Shown: positions 1-11,994 of the stretch, in pieces | Numbering within the stretch: the stretch's first letter is position 1 | Layout: the number at the start of each line of letters is the position of its first letter | Origin: Selaginella moellendorffii | Taxonomy: Eukaryota > Plantae > Lycopodiophyta | DNA: 34,486 nucleotides | Assembly (NCBI RefSeq): GCF_000143415.4 | Contig: NW_003314424.1 | Location: 1-34,486, forward strand | Reading direction: 5' to 3' | The notes under the pieces: model-generated | The model's database searches: none | What the model was told of the DNA's origin: nothing | What the model saw: the letters and a program-made list of their open reading frames with translations, nothing else | Program-made: the position numbers and the translations under genes

Positions 1-267
1 ACCCTAGACCCTAACCCCTAGGCCCTAAGCCCTAAACCCTAAACCTTAAACCCTAAACCCTAAACCCTAAACCCTAAACCCTAAACCCTAAACCCTAAAC
101 CCTAAACCCTAAACCCTAAACCCGGGCCCTAAATCCTAAACCCTAAACCCTAAACCCTAAACCCTAAACCCTAAACCCTAAACCCTAAACCCTAAACCCT
201 AAAACCCTAAACCCTAAACCCTAAACCCTAAACCCTAAACCCTAAACCCTAAACCCTAAACCCTAAA
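1..267. repeat. Terminal telomeric array (CCCTAAA)n, Arabidopsis-type TTTAGGG
   Basis: Near-continuous CCCTAAA heptamers from base 1, with a few variant units. The C-rich strand is on +, as expected for a left chromosome end. Confidence 0.97.
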
Positions 268-781
268 AGCCTCTATGTCGTAAAAAAAAGGTACTAGAGA
301 AATTCCTTAATAATATGAATGTTATTTAGTTTCATGAAAATACACTAAGGGTCAAATGAGTTAAATGACTTCTCCAGACTAGCAATGCCTCTTGCTACAC
401 CTTCACAATTAGATTCGTTAGAAAAAGATAACATTGAATAATATCTAAATGTTCTCACCATTAAGTTATATGTCTGGCTAATAGGAATGACGTTCATCTT
501 GGAAAGCTCACCACACGCTCAATGAACAAACAAATAGTGTGTGCGCGCATGCCATCGCTCTTCTTTAGCTTCAGATTCGGCTTGTTCACCTTGACAATGA
601 GATTTATTATACAACCAGATGGACTCAGTCTGGACACAAAGTCACCGCACTAGTCACCATGCCCCAGATATGTCTAGCCCCTGGACAAAAAACATATAAT
701 TTCATGTCATTTTCAAATACTTGAAAATTTGTACCTAGTCCCATTTTACTGAATAAATCCCACTTTAACGAAATAGAGCTT
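268..781. mobile_element. Terminal fragment of a putative TIR DNA transposon, truncated by the telomere (TIR 758-781)
   Basis: 758-781 TCCCACTTTAACGAAATAGAGCTT is the exact reverse complement of 34094-34117. A subterminal TCCCATTT echo lies at about 739-746. Composition switches from AT-rich to LINE coding sequence right at 781. Superfamily not assignable. Confidence 0.6.
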
Positions 782-2075
782 AGACCAAAATGTTGGGCGT
801 CCTTTTCGAGTCTTGAGAGGCGACATGCTGTTGCCAGCAGGGGACGAACAGGTCATGCCGATGGTGACGGATGACGAGGTCAAGGGTAGGATTCGAGTAA
901 TACGACAGGCTCCGAAGCAATCGGTGGTGGTTCAATCGTTGGCAGCACTAGAGGGGGAAGGCATTCTTAGATGGTGGCGACAGCAGCTCATCGAGGATCT
1001 GGATTGGGACCCCGCAGCATGGAAACGAGGAGCGAGAAGCTTCTTCTCCTTCGGCGTCAAGGAAGCAAGGGATGGTCTCTTGACCGGCAGGGAGGAGGCC
1101 CGAGGGGAGATCCCCAAGCTCTGGAAGAAATGGATCGAGCAAGGAGTTGAAGCAAATTAGGTGGTGGGCAACACGCTTGCGTTCTAGAAACTACCGGTAC
1201 AGGAGAAAGTCAAGGCCACCTCTTGGTTGGTGGCAAATAACGGGCTGCCGATAGGACAGTGGTTCCAGGAAGAAGCATGCCGACGGTGCAAGGAGTGTGG
1301 CGAGCTGGAGACAACGCGACATGTCCTATGGGAATGTGACGTGGCGAGAGAAGTTTGGCGACAGATCTTCAAGGCGACGCAGGAACTCGGCGATATTCCA
1401 GAGTTTGAGGCTCGGAGTGGGGATATCCTCCACTAGTTTGAGGGAGCTAGAGGCCCAGCCATTGGTCCAGCTTGGAGGCGTATTCGCTGCTACGGACGGC
1501 ACCGATGGAACATGCGAGTCCGGTGGGACGTGACAGGGGCTGAAGTTGGGATGTCAATCTGGGAGGCGTTGGGCCATGAGCGCTGGTCCATTTGGAGGGC
1601 AACAGGACTACAGGCACTTTGGGAGGCATGGAACCACTGTCGCTTTAATGGGCAGCAAGCGAGAATATCGGCAGTGGTGGTATCATGGTGGAGACTCACT
1701 CTTGCAGCGGTGCATCTTCACTACACCATCCTGAAAGAGCAGGCGAAACTGAGACAACTCGAGGAGTGGAGATCTAGGTGGCTCCCATGCTTCGGCAAAT
1801 TGGGAGGTGGCGAGATTCGCTGGCAATGGCGCCCCCCAGACTCTGTTCTAAGATCAGCTCGTGGGGGAGACTTGGACATCGACATGATTCGCTCGAGACG
1901 ACCATGTCCACTTCTACTCCAGGACTAGGTCTAGCTGTGGCATATGAGGATCACGTAGAGTAGCTCATTGAGAGGGCGGCACGCCAATTTTTTGTATTAG
2001 TCCCATTGGGACATGGGGAATGTACATACACGTTCAGCGATCTCGCCGGATTGCAGCACCGCGGGGAGTCTTTGA
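782..2075 (+). mobile_element. 5'-truncated non-LTR retrotransposon (L1/Tx1-like LINE): ORF2 C-terminus with zf-RVT zinc finger, plus 3' UTR; pseudogenised
   Basis: ORFs 813-1160, 1227-1436 and 1512-1928 share one frame, broken by TAG codons that are probably mutated TGG. The translation includes KLPVQEKVKATSWLVANNGLP...CKECGELETTRHVLWECDVAREVW (zf-RVT pattern) and ALWEAWNHCRFNG (W-x-W-xx-RN-xxx-F-like motif). Confidence 0.85.
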
Positions 2076-2157
2076 CCCTAAACGCCTAAACGCGCCTAAA
2101 CCCTAAACCCTAAACCCTAAAACCCTAAACTAAAACCCTAAACCCTAAACCCTAAAC
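2076..2157. repeat. Internal telomeric tract (CCCTAAA)n, about 11 units, same polarity as the terminal array
   Basis: CCCTAAA CGCCTAAA CGCGCCTAAA CCCTAAA... lies directly between the LINE 3' end and the truncated Gypsy RT. Confidence 0.95.
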
Positions 2158-4627
2158 TGGTGCTCCGGTCTTGCTTGTGAAGAAGAAGGACGGTTCAATG
2201 CGAATGTGTATTGACTACCGCACTTTGAACAAGAAGACAATGAAGGATAAGATGCCGATGCCACATGTGGATGATATCCTAGACAAGCTTGGTGAAGCAT
2301 AAGTGTTTACCAAGATTGATCTGAGGAGGGGATATCATCAGATTGCAATGGATGATGCATCTATCTCCAAGACGGCATTCAACACAAGCTTCGGACATTT
2401 TGAGTTTGCAATTATGCCGTTTGGTTTGACAAATGCACTGGCCACATTTACTCGGTTGATGACGGAGGTATTTGGGCGTTATCTTCATGAGTTTGTGGAG
2501 ATTTTCTTGGACGTCTTGTTTTTAGCAAGAATATGGAGGAGCATAAGGTGCATTTGTGCAAGGTTCTTTTGAGACAGCAAACTTTATGCAAAGAAGAGCA
2601 AATGTGAATTTGCAAAGTCGGAGGTGGAATATCTAGGCCATATTGTGACATCTCAGGGTGTCAAGACAGATCCAAGGAAGGTGGCTGTGGAAAACTAGCC
2701 TACACCGACTACAGTGGCCGAGTTGCGCAATTTTCTTGGTATGGCTAGTTACTACCGACGTTTCCAACTTAAGTTTGTAGAGGTGGCTATTCCTTTGACG
2801 CAGTTGTTACGCAAGAATGTGCCATTCGAGTGGAAGAAGCCACAAGAGGAGAGTTTTGTGGTGCTGAAACAATTGTTGAGCGAGACTCCAGTGCTTTGCA
2901 TTGCTGATCCATCAAAACCTTACGAGGTGACATGCAATGCGAGTGGTTATGCACTGGGAGGAGTTCTCATGCAAGAGGGACAGCCTATTGCATATGAGAG
3001 TCAAACTTTGAATTCTGCGGAGCAACACTATTCCACATATGAGCAAAAGTTACTCTCTATTGTTCATGCTTTGCGGACGTGGTGGCACTATCTTTATGGT
3101 GCAATGTTCGTGGTGTTGACAGATCACAAACCACTTGTGTATCTGTTCACACAGAAGGAGTTGAACACTAGGCAAGCTCGTTGGATGGTCAAACTCATGG
3201 AGTTTGGGGAGTTTCCTATTGAGCATCTTCCGGGAAAATTAAATGTGGTGGCATATGCTTTATCTCGTGTTTGTCATGTGACGACGTTACGAACACGATT
3301 TTGTCATCATTTGAGTAAGGTGGTCAGCGAGTTTGGGTAGTTGGTTGAGCATGCTTAGGCTCAGGATGCTGAGGTGGCCTCTTTGCAAGACCAGATGGAA
3401 GCCCCTTTCTCATTGGTGGATGGGATTCATTACTACAATGGCCGTGTATATTTGCCATGGGTGGATGCGTTAATTACTCAAGTTTTATTCCACTATCATG
3501 ATCGTCTAGAGGCCGGTCATTTTGGGGGGAAAAAGACGTATGAGTTGATTAAGCGCAACTTTTATTGGAGGAATATGAAGGCTGATATCCTCAAGTATTA
3601 TAAATCATGTGAGCTTTGTCAGCGGGTTAAGGTGCCACGGGAGAAGCCAGAGGGACTTTTGCAACCTTTACCTATTCCTCAGAGCCGTTGGTGTAGTATC
3701 TTTATGGACTTCATCACTTGTTTGCCACGAACACAGAGGCAAAAGGAGCAGGTATGGGTCATAGTGGATCGGTTGACGAAGTATGTGCGGTTGTTGGCTC
3801 TTCGGAAGACTGTCACTGCCTCAGACTTGGCTGCGGTTTACTTGGAGAAGGTTTTTCCTGATTTTGGTTTGCTGGAGGACATCATTAATGATCGAGATTC
3901 AAAGTTCACCAGTGGATTTTGGAAAAGCTTTGCAAAAGCTATGCAAGTGACTTTTAAACTCTCGAGTGGAGATCATCCTCAGACAAATGGGCAAACCGAG
4001 TGGGTGAATCAGGTGGTGGAGGATATGCTACGTTGTAGCATTGGTCAAAGGCAAGGACAGTGGGATCTATATCTTCTGTTGGTGCAATTTGCTTACAACA
4101 ATAGCCAACACAATGGAACCAAGCTAAGTCCTTATTTTGCCATGTTTGGAAGGCATCCTCGAACAACGGTGGAGTTGGGTTTGCATTTGAGTAAGGACGT
4201 TCAAGATAAGCTTGATTCCGAGGTGACTGATTTGGCCACAGAACTTGATGAGATTTTGGTGGTGTGCAAACGGAATTTACAAGCAGCTCAGGATAGAGCG
4301 GAGAAGTTTGCCAATGAGCATCGCCAATTCCGGGAATATAAGGTGGGTGATCTCATCTTTGTGCGTGTGATCTTTCCGTCAAGTGAGCGGCGGAACACCT
4401 TAGTGCCTTTACGGACAGGGAAGAGTGATAAACTTTCCCATCGATATGCTGGTCCATATGAAGTGCTGGAGTGCATTGGTAATGCAGCTTATCAAGTGCG
4501 GCTGCCAGCTGGGGTGAAAATTCATCCGGTATTTTATGTCAGCCAGTTGAAAGGCGTACTATCTCGGAGTGACGGGCCCAATGCCTCCTTGATGTATACG
4601 GCTGTGGAAGATGGACCAGGAGCTTGA
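2158..4627 (+). pseudogene. Ty3/Gypsy pol (RT-RNaseH-integrase) of element A, 5'-truncated at the telomeric tract, with stops and frameshifts
   Basis: Motifs in Gypsy order: [46 protein letters not shown] (RT); VTCNASGYALGGVLMQ, TDHKPL (RNaseH); H..GHFG..C..C, MDFIT, DRDSKFTS, HPQTNGQTE, GPY..HPVF (integrase with GPY/F). Confidence 0.95.
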
Positions 4628-4688
4628 GTAGGGTTCCCCAGAAAGGGTGATCACCGGTACAAGTCGTCCTTGGGACAAGGACTTTGTT

Positions 4689-4934
4689 GGGGGGGAAGAA
4701 TTGTTAGGCATCAGCTTTGACTATGTGGTCAACGTTAGTCAAAGGGAGGCTCAAGGGTATATTAAGGCATGTTAGGGTAAGGGACTTAACCTACCCTAGA
4801 GCTCACAATGGAGCGGCGGCACAGTGGAGCTTTTGAGGTAGCTCGGGGGTGGTTGGGTGGTGAGGAACCTCAAGAGGTGGCGTAGCATAATCTAGGGCGA
4901 CTAGATCTCTGTCTTTTTGTGCTGGATCATAACA
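4689..4934 (+). mobile_element. Polypurine tract (4689-4700) and 3' LTR (4702-4934) of Gypsy element A
   Basis: GGGGGGGAAGAA is followed by a 233-bp TGTTA...TAACA unit. The same unit recurs at 23781-24013 and inverted at 31898-32130. Confidence 0.85.
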
Positions 4935-5014
4935 CAAGCCCACTCCTAGGACCTTCTGATGCCAACACTAGTGGTGATATACTTCAGCACCAATAAAAGT
5001 GGGACTAAGGTACA

Positions 5015-5026
5015 GCTCCGATACCA
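5015..5026 (-). other. Primer-binding site (tRNA-Met type) of LTR element B
   Basis: The minus strand reads TGGTATCGGAGC, 3 nt after an LTR end (...TTTACA). This matches the canonical plant TGGTATCAGAGC with one change. Confidence 0.85.
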
Positions 5027-5029
5027 AAT

Positions 5030-6490
5030 TGTAAACGACTAAAGTTTCCATTCTACTTTCGTCACTTAACCACACCTTTGACCCCTTGGAGGAGTCTCAT
5101 TCACAACCTCCTTAAGTCCAATTTAGGACTTGGGACTTGCTAGTCCCAAGAATGGCATCCATGCCACTCATCCCTTGCACTTGGTCCAAGTGCTCCACGT
5201 GTCCAATCCCAAGACTGACACCCAAAGGTACCACTGACATATTGGCCCATTACACTAAGGCCATGCCCATTCACCTTTGCCACACTGGTGGTCCAATACG
5301 ACTTGCATCACAATCCCGTCTCTCCAAGACTGAGCTATCTGTCCACGAGTGGTCATCCTATATCCACTCCTTAGCATCCTTAGGATGCCCACAGAAATGG
5401 GGAATAGCCTTCCCCAACATCCCTTTGTCAGTTCCTGCCAAGTCCCTTTTCTGTCCATGGCCATGTTCACCAATATTGCTACTAGATCAAGGCCCGCAGG
5501 CCCGGCCACTAAGTCCCATTGTCCTCTGGGACTTCCTCACCATGTGACCATATCCGTAGTCACTACACTAGAGGACTTCTCCTCCTCCTTTCCCCCATTT
5601 GGGACTTCGGGACAACATTTCGGAACACCGTGGCCCTACGCGAGCCCCGTGGGTACTCTCCCCACCTTTCGCCTTTAGGTGCTCTAGCCATGGGCTTAGA
5701 GCGAGGTTCCGTTGAGCCACACCAGGTATCCAAGTAGGTAGTGCCACCCACACTTGGACTGGGAGCATCAGCCAGTCGATCTCCCGGGGGAACTAGAGCC
5801 GGCTCTTGAACACTTCACCAAGCTACCCCGCTTGTCGGTTCGTATTCACTCTAGTCTTGGACTTCCCAGTGGTCAGTTCATCACCCAACACTGGGTCTGG
5901 CCTTCCTGGGCCAAATTGGCCTTTCCTGGCCAAATTGGCTCCATTGCAGTCCTCCCCCTCACTATACTTTTGGAGCTCACCAAACCCCCCAGGGTCTGGG
6001 AGACGAACGCTTTGGGCTTTCACCCTCTTAGACTCGAACTCGGACTTGGACTCAGACTCAGACTCGGCCTCGGCCGCGGTCTCGGTCCCGGTCTCGGTCC
6101 CGGTCTCAGTCCTGGTCTCAGTCTCGGTCCCGGTCTCCTCGGTCTCGGTCTCGGTCTTGGTCTCAGTCCCGGTCTCTCCATCTCGGACTCCATCTCGGAC
6201 TCCACCTCGGACTCCAACTTGGGTCCATCTCAGACTCCAACTTGGGTCCATCTCGGACACTTCCACGTGTCATGCGTTGGTCCTTTTGGGTCCCTTTTTT
6301 GGAGCCTCGCTTATTGCTCGCTTCATGCTCGTTCCTTGAGCACTCTGTTGGGAGTTCCATTCCCGCTCTCAACCTTTCAAGTCAAAGCCTTTTAGTCCAA
6401 ACGTGTTACGCTTGTTTGGCTTTTGCTTCGGCCACTACCACGTGGCACCCTTTCGGCTCCACTTTGGGGCTTAGGGATTTGCGTCTCAGA
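5030..6490 (-). mobile_element. 5' LTR (about 1.46 kb) of LTR retrotransposon family B, containing GGTCTC and GGACTCCATCTC minisatellites
   Basis: The ends are TGTAA...TCTCA(G/C)A with an adjacent PBS. It is homologous to the TSD-flanked solo LTR at 16643-21362. Gypsy A is inserted about 90 bp into its leader, in the opposite orientation. Confidence 0.85.
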
Positions 6491-6499
6491 CTGTGGTGT

Positions 6500-7360
6500 C
6501 ATCATTTCACCCTTTTGCTCCTCTCTATGGAACCTTCATTTCTACCATCTCTTGGTTTATTTATTGTGTGACACTTTGTTTTCTTGCTTTGTATGGAGGT
6601 TTTTGTCCCTAGCTCGTCCATGCATTATTGCTTGCAACCTTGCTCCAAAGTTCACATCTAACCCTCTTCTGTGGTGGTTCATCATCATCTTCTTCTTCTT
6701 TTCATGATGAGGAAGGACTCTTGTCTTGAATTTCATCACTTGTCACTTTTTGTCTCACTATTACCCTCTTCATTATCATTGTGTTGTACCTTGTCTTCAT
6801 CGTCCTCACACTCCTAATCATTTGACGTTGATGTTAATGAGGATGTATCGCTTAATGTATGTTTATCATCAACAACCTGATCGACATTATGTCTATCATT
6901 TGGATTGTAGTTGGAGAGGTCATGGAATGGATGCTCCAATTCTTCTATTTCCCTCTGATAAAAAAGTCTCTCAATTAGAATCCTATTGTTGACTATCCAC
7001 AACAACAATGCCGGTTAGTTTGTCCTTGAGGATTCCATAAGCAGTGAAGGTTGTATCAATTCCTTCTCTACAGACTGTATTGTAATTGATGGAACCCTAA
7101 ACTCTGAGTCTTGAACAATATTCCTGATGAATGTCTTTTGAAGCTCTGTATAAATGGCCTTCCTTCCCTATTCATGTCTTTGTTAGGAATCTCCTCTTCT
7201 TTGATGACAATCCCATAGACTATTGGACTGTTTGGGTTGGTAAGATCCACCAACACTAGATCATCATCTTGTATCTCTAACGTCCACTTTTGTGGTTGTG
7301 TGGAGTTGCAGCCTCTTTCACTCTGATGGACTCATGTAGAAGTGTTTTAGATTGCTGGGC
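6500..7360 (-). pseudogene. Highly degenerate unidentified coding relic with an acidic low-complexity tract; possibly a DNA-transposon accessory ORF
   Basis: The minus strand is purine-rich with D/E-rich pieces (EDDEDK, KEEEDDDEPPQKRVR) and LVDLTNPNSPIVYGIVI, but has many stops. Mirror at about 29460-30320. Confidence 0.3.
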
Positions 7361-7426
7361 CTAGAAACATGAAAGAACTTATTAGAATTACTTAAAATAT
7401 TTTTGAAATGGGAGAGAATGGATCCT

Positions 7427-8010
7427 AGTGTGAGGCCTCATGCTAAGTGAAAGGGGTAATGGAAGTAATTCTATAGCAGGTTAATAGCATGAGGACTCAA
7501 GAATGGATAGGGTGTATGAAAGGGGTAGTGGAGGTAATTCTATAGGAGGTTATTAGCATAAGGCCTCACACTTAAGAATGGATGGGGTGTGTTTGCCAAT
7601 TCCTTGATAATAATATTACTTGTCCCATGGACAGATGTTCAAGCAAGATTACCATCAAGAAACTAGACAAACCAAAATCTTTTTAGCACTTTAGCATAAG
7701 GCCTCATGCTAATCCTTAAGCATGAGTCCAGTCACAATGTGTTGATGGAGATTACTAGCATGAGGCCTCACACTTAGATTGCTTGTGATATTTTTCCTAG
7801 TTTCTTGATGACAATCTTATTCACTTATGCAATAAACATGCATGCAAAGGAGATTGGTGTCGAGAAACTAGGCTAGAGGAGGTGGGTGGGCTTTTTTTCA
7901 TGGTGTGAGGCCTCACACTAATGTTTTTGTGTGAGGTTGGACACCATCCAGATTGGATTAAGGTATTATGGAGGGATGAAGTCATTTTCTTGGCATGAGG
8001 CCTCATGCTA
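7427..8010. repeat. Cluster of about 7 dispersed 18-bp palindromes, consensus AGYRTRAGGCCTCAYRCT
   Basis: Copies at about 7427, 7486 (partial), 7556, 7693, 7757, 7903 and 7993, with irregular spacers. Confidence 0.85.
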
Positions 8011-8643
8011 TTCATTTATATACATTTGTTTCTTACTACTTTAGGTGTCTAGGTGAGTAATCTTACTCGCCAATTCATCGTTGGGGTAAATGTTCAAACA
8101 ATATTGCTCCCCAAACACTTGCAAGACTGGGGAAACAATGGAAGGTTGTACGTTTAGATGCTTGTTTAGCCATTGCCATATTTGTAGTGTCATTTTTATT
8201 TCACTTTAAGTTCACAAGTTACACACTTTATTTCTATTCCTATCTATAGTGCCTAAGGAAACTGTTTGAAGGCAGCTATGTCGTGAATGTGACTTCGGGT
8301 ATCGAAAGTTACCTGTCGACCAGTCCTTACAGACACTCTTACCTTACTGCCACGACGGCAGGAGGTCCGTATTGCTGGACCCTTTATCAGTCACTCTTGT
8401 GCTAGTGGAGTTAACTGGGCATTTCGAGTGTACTTAGACCGGACGAGCATAAGGACGGAATTCCTACGTGTTATTAGCTAAGCATACTTAGCCCGGTAAG
8501 GAGTTCCCGTCTCGTTATGTCTTGCCCTGGCTAGTGACAAGAACCCTCGCGTATTGAGATTGGTCCCTCAATATCGCTACATGATAGCTTACCGTGTCTG
8601 CCAAACACCCTCGCTATCATGCCCTTTGTGCTAGTCTCATTTC

Positions 8644-8917
8644 AGCACACGCAAGCAGTGTTTGACTCCATGGAGCGACACGATTGCCACTTGTGGGTCA
8701 TTATGTTCTTGGCACACGCCCAAGAAGGGCATCTCGCCACTACCAAGGATCGAGGCAAGGTTACTGCTGCATGGTGGATTTCTTGGGGCGAGCTGGGTGT
8801 GTGGAAGAGGCCGAGGAACTTGTGAGGAGTATGCCTTACAAGCCAGTTTCAGTGGATTGGATGTGCTTGCTGGGAGCAAAGTTTTGTGCTAGAACAAGCT
8901 TTAAGTGTAGATTCTAG
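8644..8917 (+). pseudogene. PLS/E-class PPR gene remnant, 5' part deleted in this arm
   Basis: QAVFDSMERHD..W.IM..AHAQEGHL and YCCMVDFLGRAGCVEEAEELVRSMPYKPVSVDWMCLLGA lie in different frames. Confidence 0.85.
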
Positions 8918-9119
8918 GAATTCTACTAGCAAATAGTAGCAATTTTGTTTGAAACTAGTGTGAGTGTAGATTCTGTGTCCTCGTGATTAAAGAGGGTATT
9001 CTTTGACAGATCATCATGTATGATTAAAGAGAAAATTCTTTGCTCATTTCCAATGGTCGAGTACAAGAGCCAGCTTTTGGACTATATAAATTTAGGGTTC
9101 TTGGAGGTTAGTGGCGCAG

Positions 9120-10429
9120 TGATGGCACAGGGCTGCGCAGCAATCTCCAGTGCAGGCGGCCATGGCAGGAGCTCAGCGGCTCGCTGGGCGACCTGGGCAC
9201 ATTCATCCCAATCGTCATGGCTGTAGCTCTCGTCAATGGCATGGATCTTGGTCTCTCATCACCACGAGCATCTACAACGTTCTCACCAGCGTGCTCTTTG
9301 GCGTGCCAATGCCTGTCCAGCCCATGAAATCCATCACAGCGGTGGCCTTCACCGAATCCAAGCATCTCAGTGTGGATGAGATCATGGCCGCGGGGATCAG
9401 TGTGTCTGCGATCGTGTTTGTGCTTGGAAGCACGGGCTTGATCACAGGTCGTGGCTTGGATCGTGCCATTGCCGGTGGTTCGTGGCATCCAGCTTGCACA
9501 TGGGCTCTTTTGCAGTCAAGGCTGTCAAGTACGTGATGAAGGATCAAAATCTCTCTAGGGACAAGGCAATGGGTGATCGACCATGGCTGGGCTTGGATGG
9601 AATTCTCCTCGCAGTGATTTGCTTCGCATTCATCGTGCTAGTGAATGGATCCGGCGAGGGCTACGAGTACTTCGTGACGAACAGTGAAGGTGATCGTCAT
9701 CACGATGATCATGAAGAGCACCGTGAAGAACATCAAGCGAGATCGTCAAAGCTCGTGAAGTTTTTCCAGAGGATCCTGACTGCCTTAGCAGTGTTCGTGC
9801 TCGGGATCATCCTGGTGTTCGTGAGGAGGCCACACATTCTCAAGGAGCTCCAGTTTGGCCCAGCCACGCCACGGATCACTAGAATCTCTTCCCACGACTG
9901 AAAGATGGTTTGTGAGAGCCACAATCCCACAGCTCCCTCTCACTATCCTCAACTCGGTGGTGGCGGTTTGCAAGCTCTCGAGCGATCTCTTCCCGGCCAA
10001 GAAGGACGCCGTGACTCCGACCAAAGTCTCGGTGAGCGTGGGGCTCATGAACTTGGTGGGCTGCTGGTTTGGAGCTCTCCTGGTTTGCCATGGCGCTGGA
10101 GGACTGGCCGGGCAGTATCGTTTCGGAGCCACGAGTGGGGTAGCGGTGGCAAGCTTGTGCTGGGGCTTCTCTTGGGAGGCTCACTGGTGAGAATTCTGCC
10201 AGCATTTCCAGTGGGACTGCTGGGGATCTTGCTGCTCTTCTCCGGGGTGGAGCTGGCGATGGCATGCCCGGATTGAACTAGTAGGAGGGACTTGTTTGTG
10301 ATGCTCTGCTGCATTGCCATCTCGCAGGGATCCAATCTCGCGGTGGGATGTGTTTGTGCCATACTCTTGTATGTGCTGCTCCAGGCGAGAGAGATGGATT
10401 GTTGGGTGGTTGCAAGCTTTTGGTTGTGA
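9120..10429 (+). pseudogene. Molybdate transporter (MOT1/MOT2, former SULTR5 family) pseudogene, intronless and frameshifted
   Basis: Hallmark motifs ELSGSLGDLGTFIPIV, FGVPMPVQPMKSI, IPQLPLTILNSVVAVCKLSSDLFP, SVGLMNLVGCWFGA..VCHGAGGLAGQYRFG and FPVGLLGILLLFSGVELAMA are spread over several frames, with an in-frame stop. Confidence 0.92.
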
Positions 10430-10896
10430 GGTTCCTCAATGTAAATAAAGCTTTGAAAAGTTTGGGAGAACATCATGGTAACACACTTGCCTGAAACCAC
10501 ATCCATGCCATCTTCTCAAAAGCCTGCGAGGCCTGGCTACAACCACCGTTAGCGGCATATGAAGCCAGGGATGTTATCTGCAACAAAGACGGTGCAGAGT
10601 AAGTGGGGCTTCATCGAGGTCTTCATGTCGAAATTGATTCAGAGTGTAAATTTTAAAACTATGTACTTTTCACTCAAGAGTAAAATGGATTCCATTCCTC
10701 ACCGTGTGGAATGAGAGCAATTCGGCCCGGCCTAGCAAACGAGAGAGTGAAACATTGGAGGGATGTGCGCTTCTATATCCCAACCTTTTCCACGAGTCCC
10801 GCCTTGTCGTAGCACTTGGCTTGGCTCAGGCCTGTATAGCAGGTATAATTTTGGGGTGCCGCTGTGCTCTTTGAACTTTGGGTAACGCTTTACCAT

Positions 10897-11781
10897 TCCA
10901 TCTCGGGTCCATCTCAGACTCCATCTCGGGTCCATCTCAAACTCCATCTCAGTCCATCTCGGACTCCATTTCAGGTCCATTTTGGATTTCATCTTGGACT
11001 CCATTTCAGACTCCATCTTGGGTCCATCTCGGACTCCATTTTGGTCCCTCTCAGACTCCACCACGTGTCATGTAATGGTCCTTTTGTGTCCTTTTTCTAG
11101 AGACTCTTTTATTGCTCGCTTCATGCTCATTCCTTGAGCACTCCGAAAGGAGTTCCACTCTCGCTCTCGACTCTTCAAGCCGGAGCTTTTAGTCCAAATA
11201 TATTACGCTCATTTAGCTTTCACTTTGGCCACTACTACGTGGCACCCTTTCGGCTCTACTTTGGGGTTTAGGGATTTATGTCTCACACTATACTTTTGCA
11301 ACTTACCAAACCCCCTAGGGTCTAGGATATGATTGTGTTGGCCTTTCACCCTTGGACTTAGACTTGGACTCGAACTCAGACTCGGACTCGGGCCCGGTCT
11401 TGGCTCTAGTCTCAGTCTTGGTCTCAGTCTCGGTCCTCATCTTAGATTCCTTCCTAGACTCTTCAAACTCCATCTTGAACTCCATCTCAGACTCCTCGGA
11501 TTCTATCTTGGACTCCTTCTTGGACTCCATCTCAGATTCCTTTTTAGACTGGATCTCAACACTTCCATGTGTTAGTCCTTCTTGTGTCCCTTTTTAGAGA
11601 CTCATTCACTGATTGTTTCATGTTCATTCCTTAAGCATTTTTTTCAGAGTTTCATTCCTGCTCTCAACTTTCCAAGTCAAAGATTTTAGTCCAAACATGT
11701 TATGTTTGTTGGACTTCTTCAACCACTACCATATAGCACTCTTTTGGCTCTATTTTGGGGCTTAGAAATTCATGTCTCACA
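10897..11781 (-). mobile_element. Two tandem partial, more diverged copies of the family-B LTR (10897-11287, 11288-11781)
   Basis: Both end in TCTCACA on +, and both carry the GGACTCCATCTC minisatellite and the CCACTAC..CGTGGCACCC-like block. Confidence 0.8.
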
Positions 11782-11994
11782 ATCTCGTGATGCTGGCATT
11801 TTCTTGTTTTCTTTGGCAAATCCTAAAGAGATTAATTTTTTTTCAAAGATCATTTATTTGAAGTAGCAATTCATGTTGATGTTGATGTTGAGATTTCTTC
11901 ATCCACTATTTCTTGTAGTGGAGCTTGACTAAGTGGGCCTTAAAAGTCAAAGCCCTTAACAATTGCCCCACAAAAGCATTTATGTAAGCTCTTA

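Noticed and set aside
782-2075. Penelope/Athena-type telomeric retroelement
   Set aside because: The visible protein has a zf-RVT zinc finger typical of L1/Tx1 LINE ORF2, and I see no PLE RT or hammerhead motif.
4603-4701. TGTGGAAG as the start of the Gypsy-A LTR, making 23683-24013 a solo LTR
   Set aside because: The PPT lies at 4689-4700 and the TGTTA...TAACA termini define the LTR from 4702. The 23683 boundary is a microhomology junction without a TSD.
7427-8010. Palindromic repeats with spacers as a CRISPR-like array
   Set aside because: The context is a eukaryotic subtelomere. Repeats are only about 18 bp and variable, spacers are irregular and partly repeated, and there are no cas genes.
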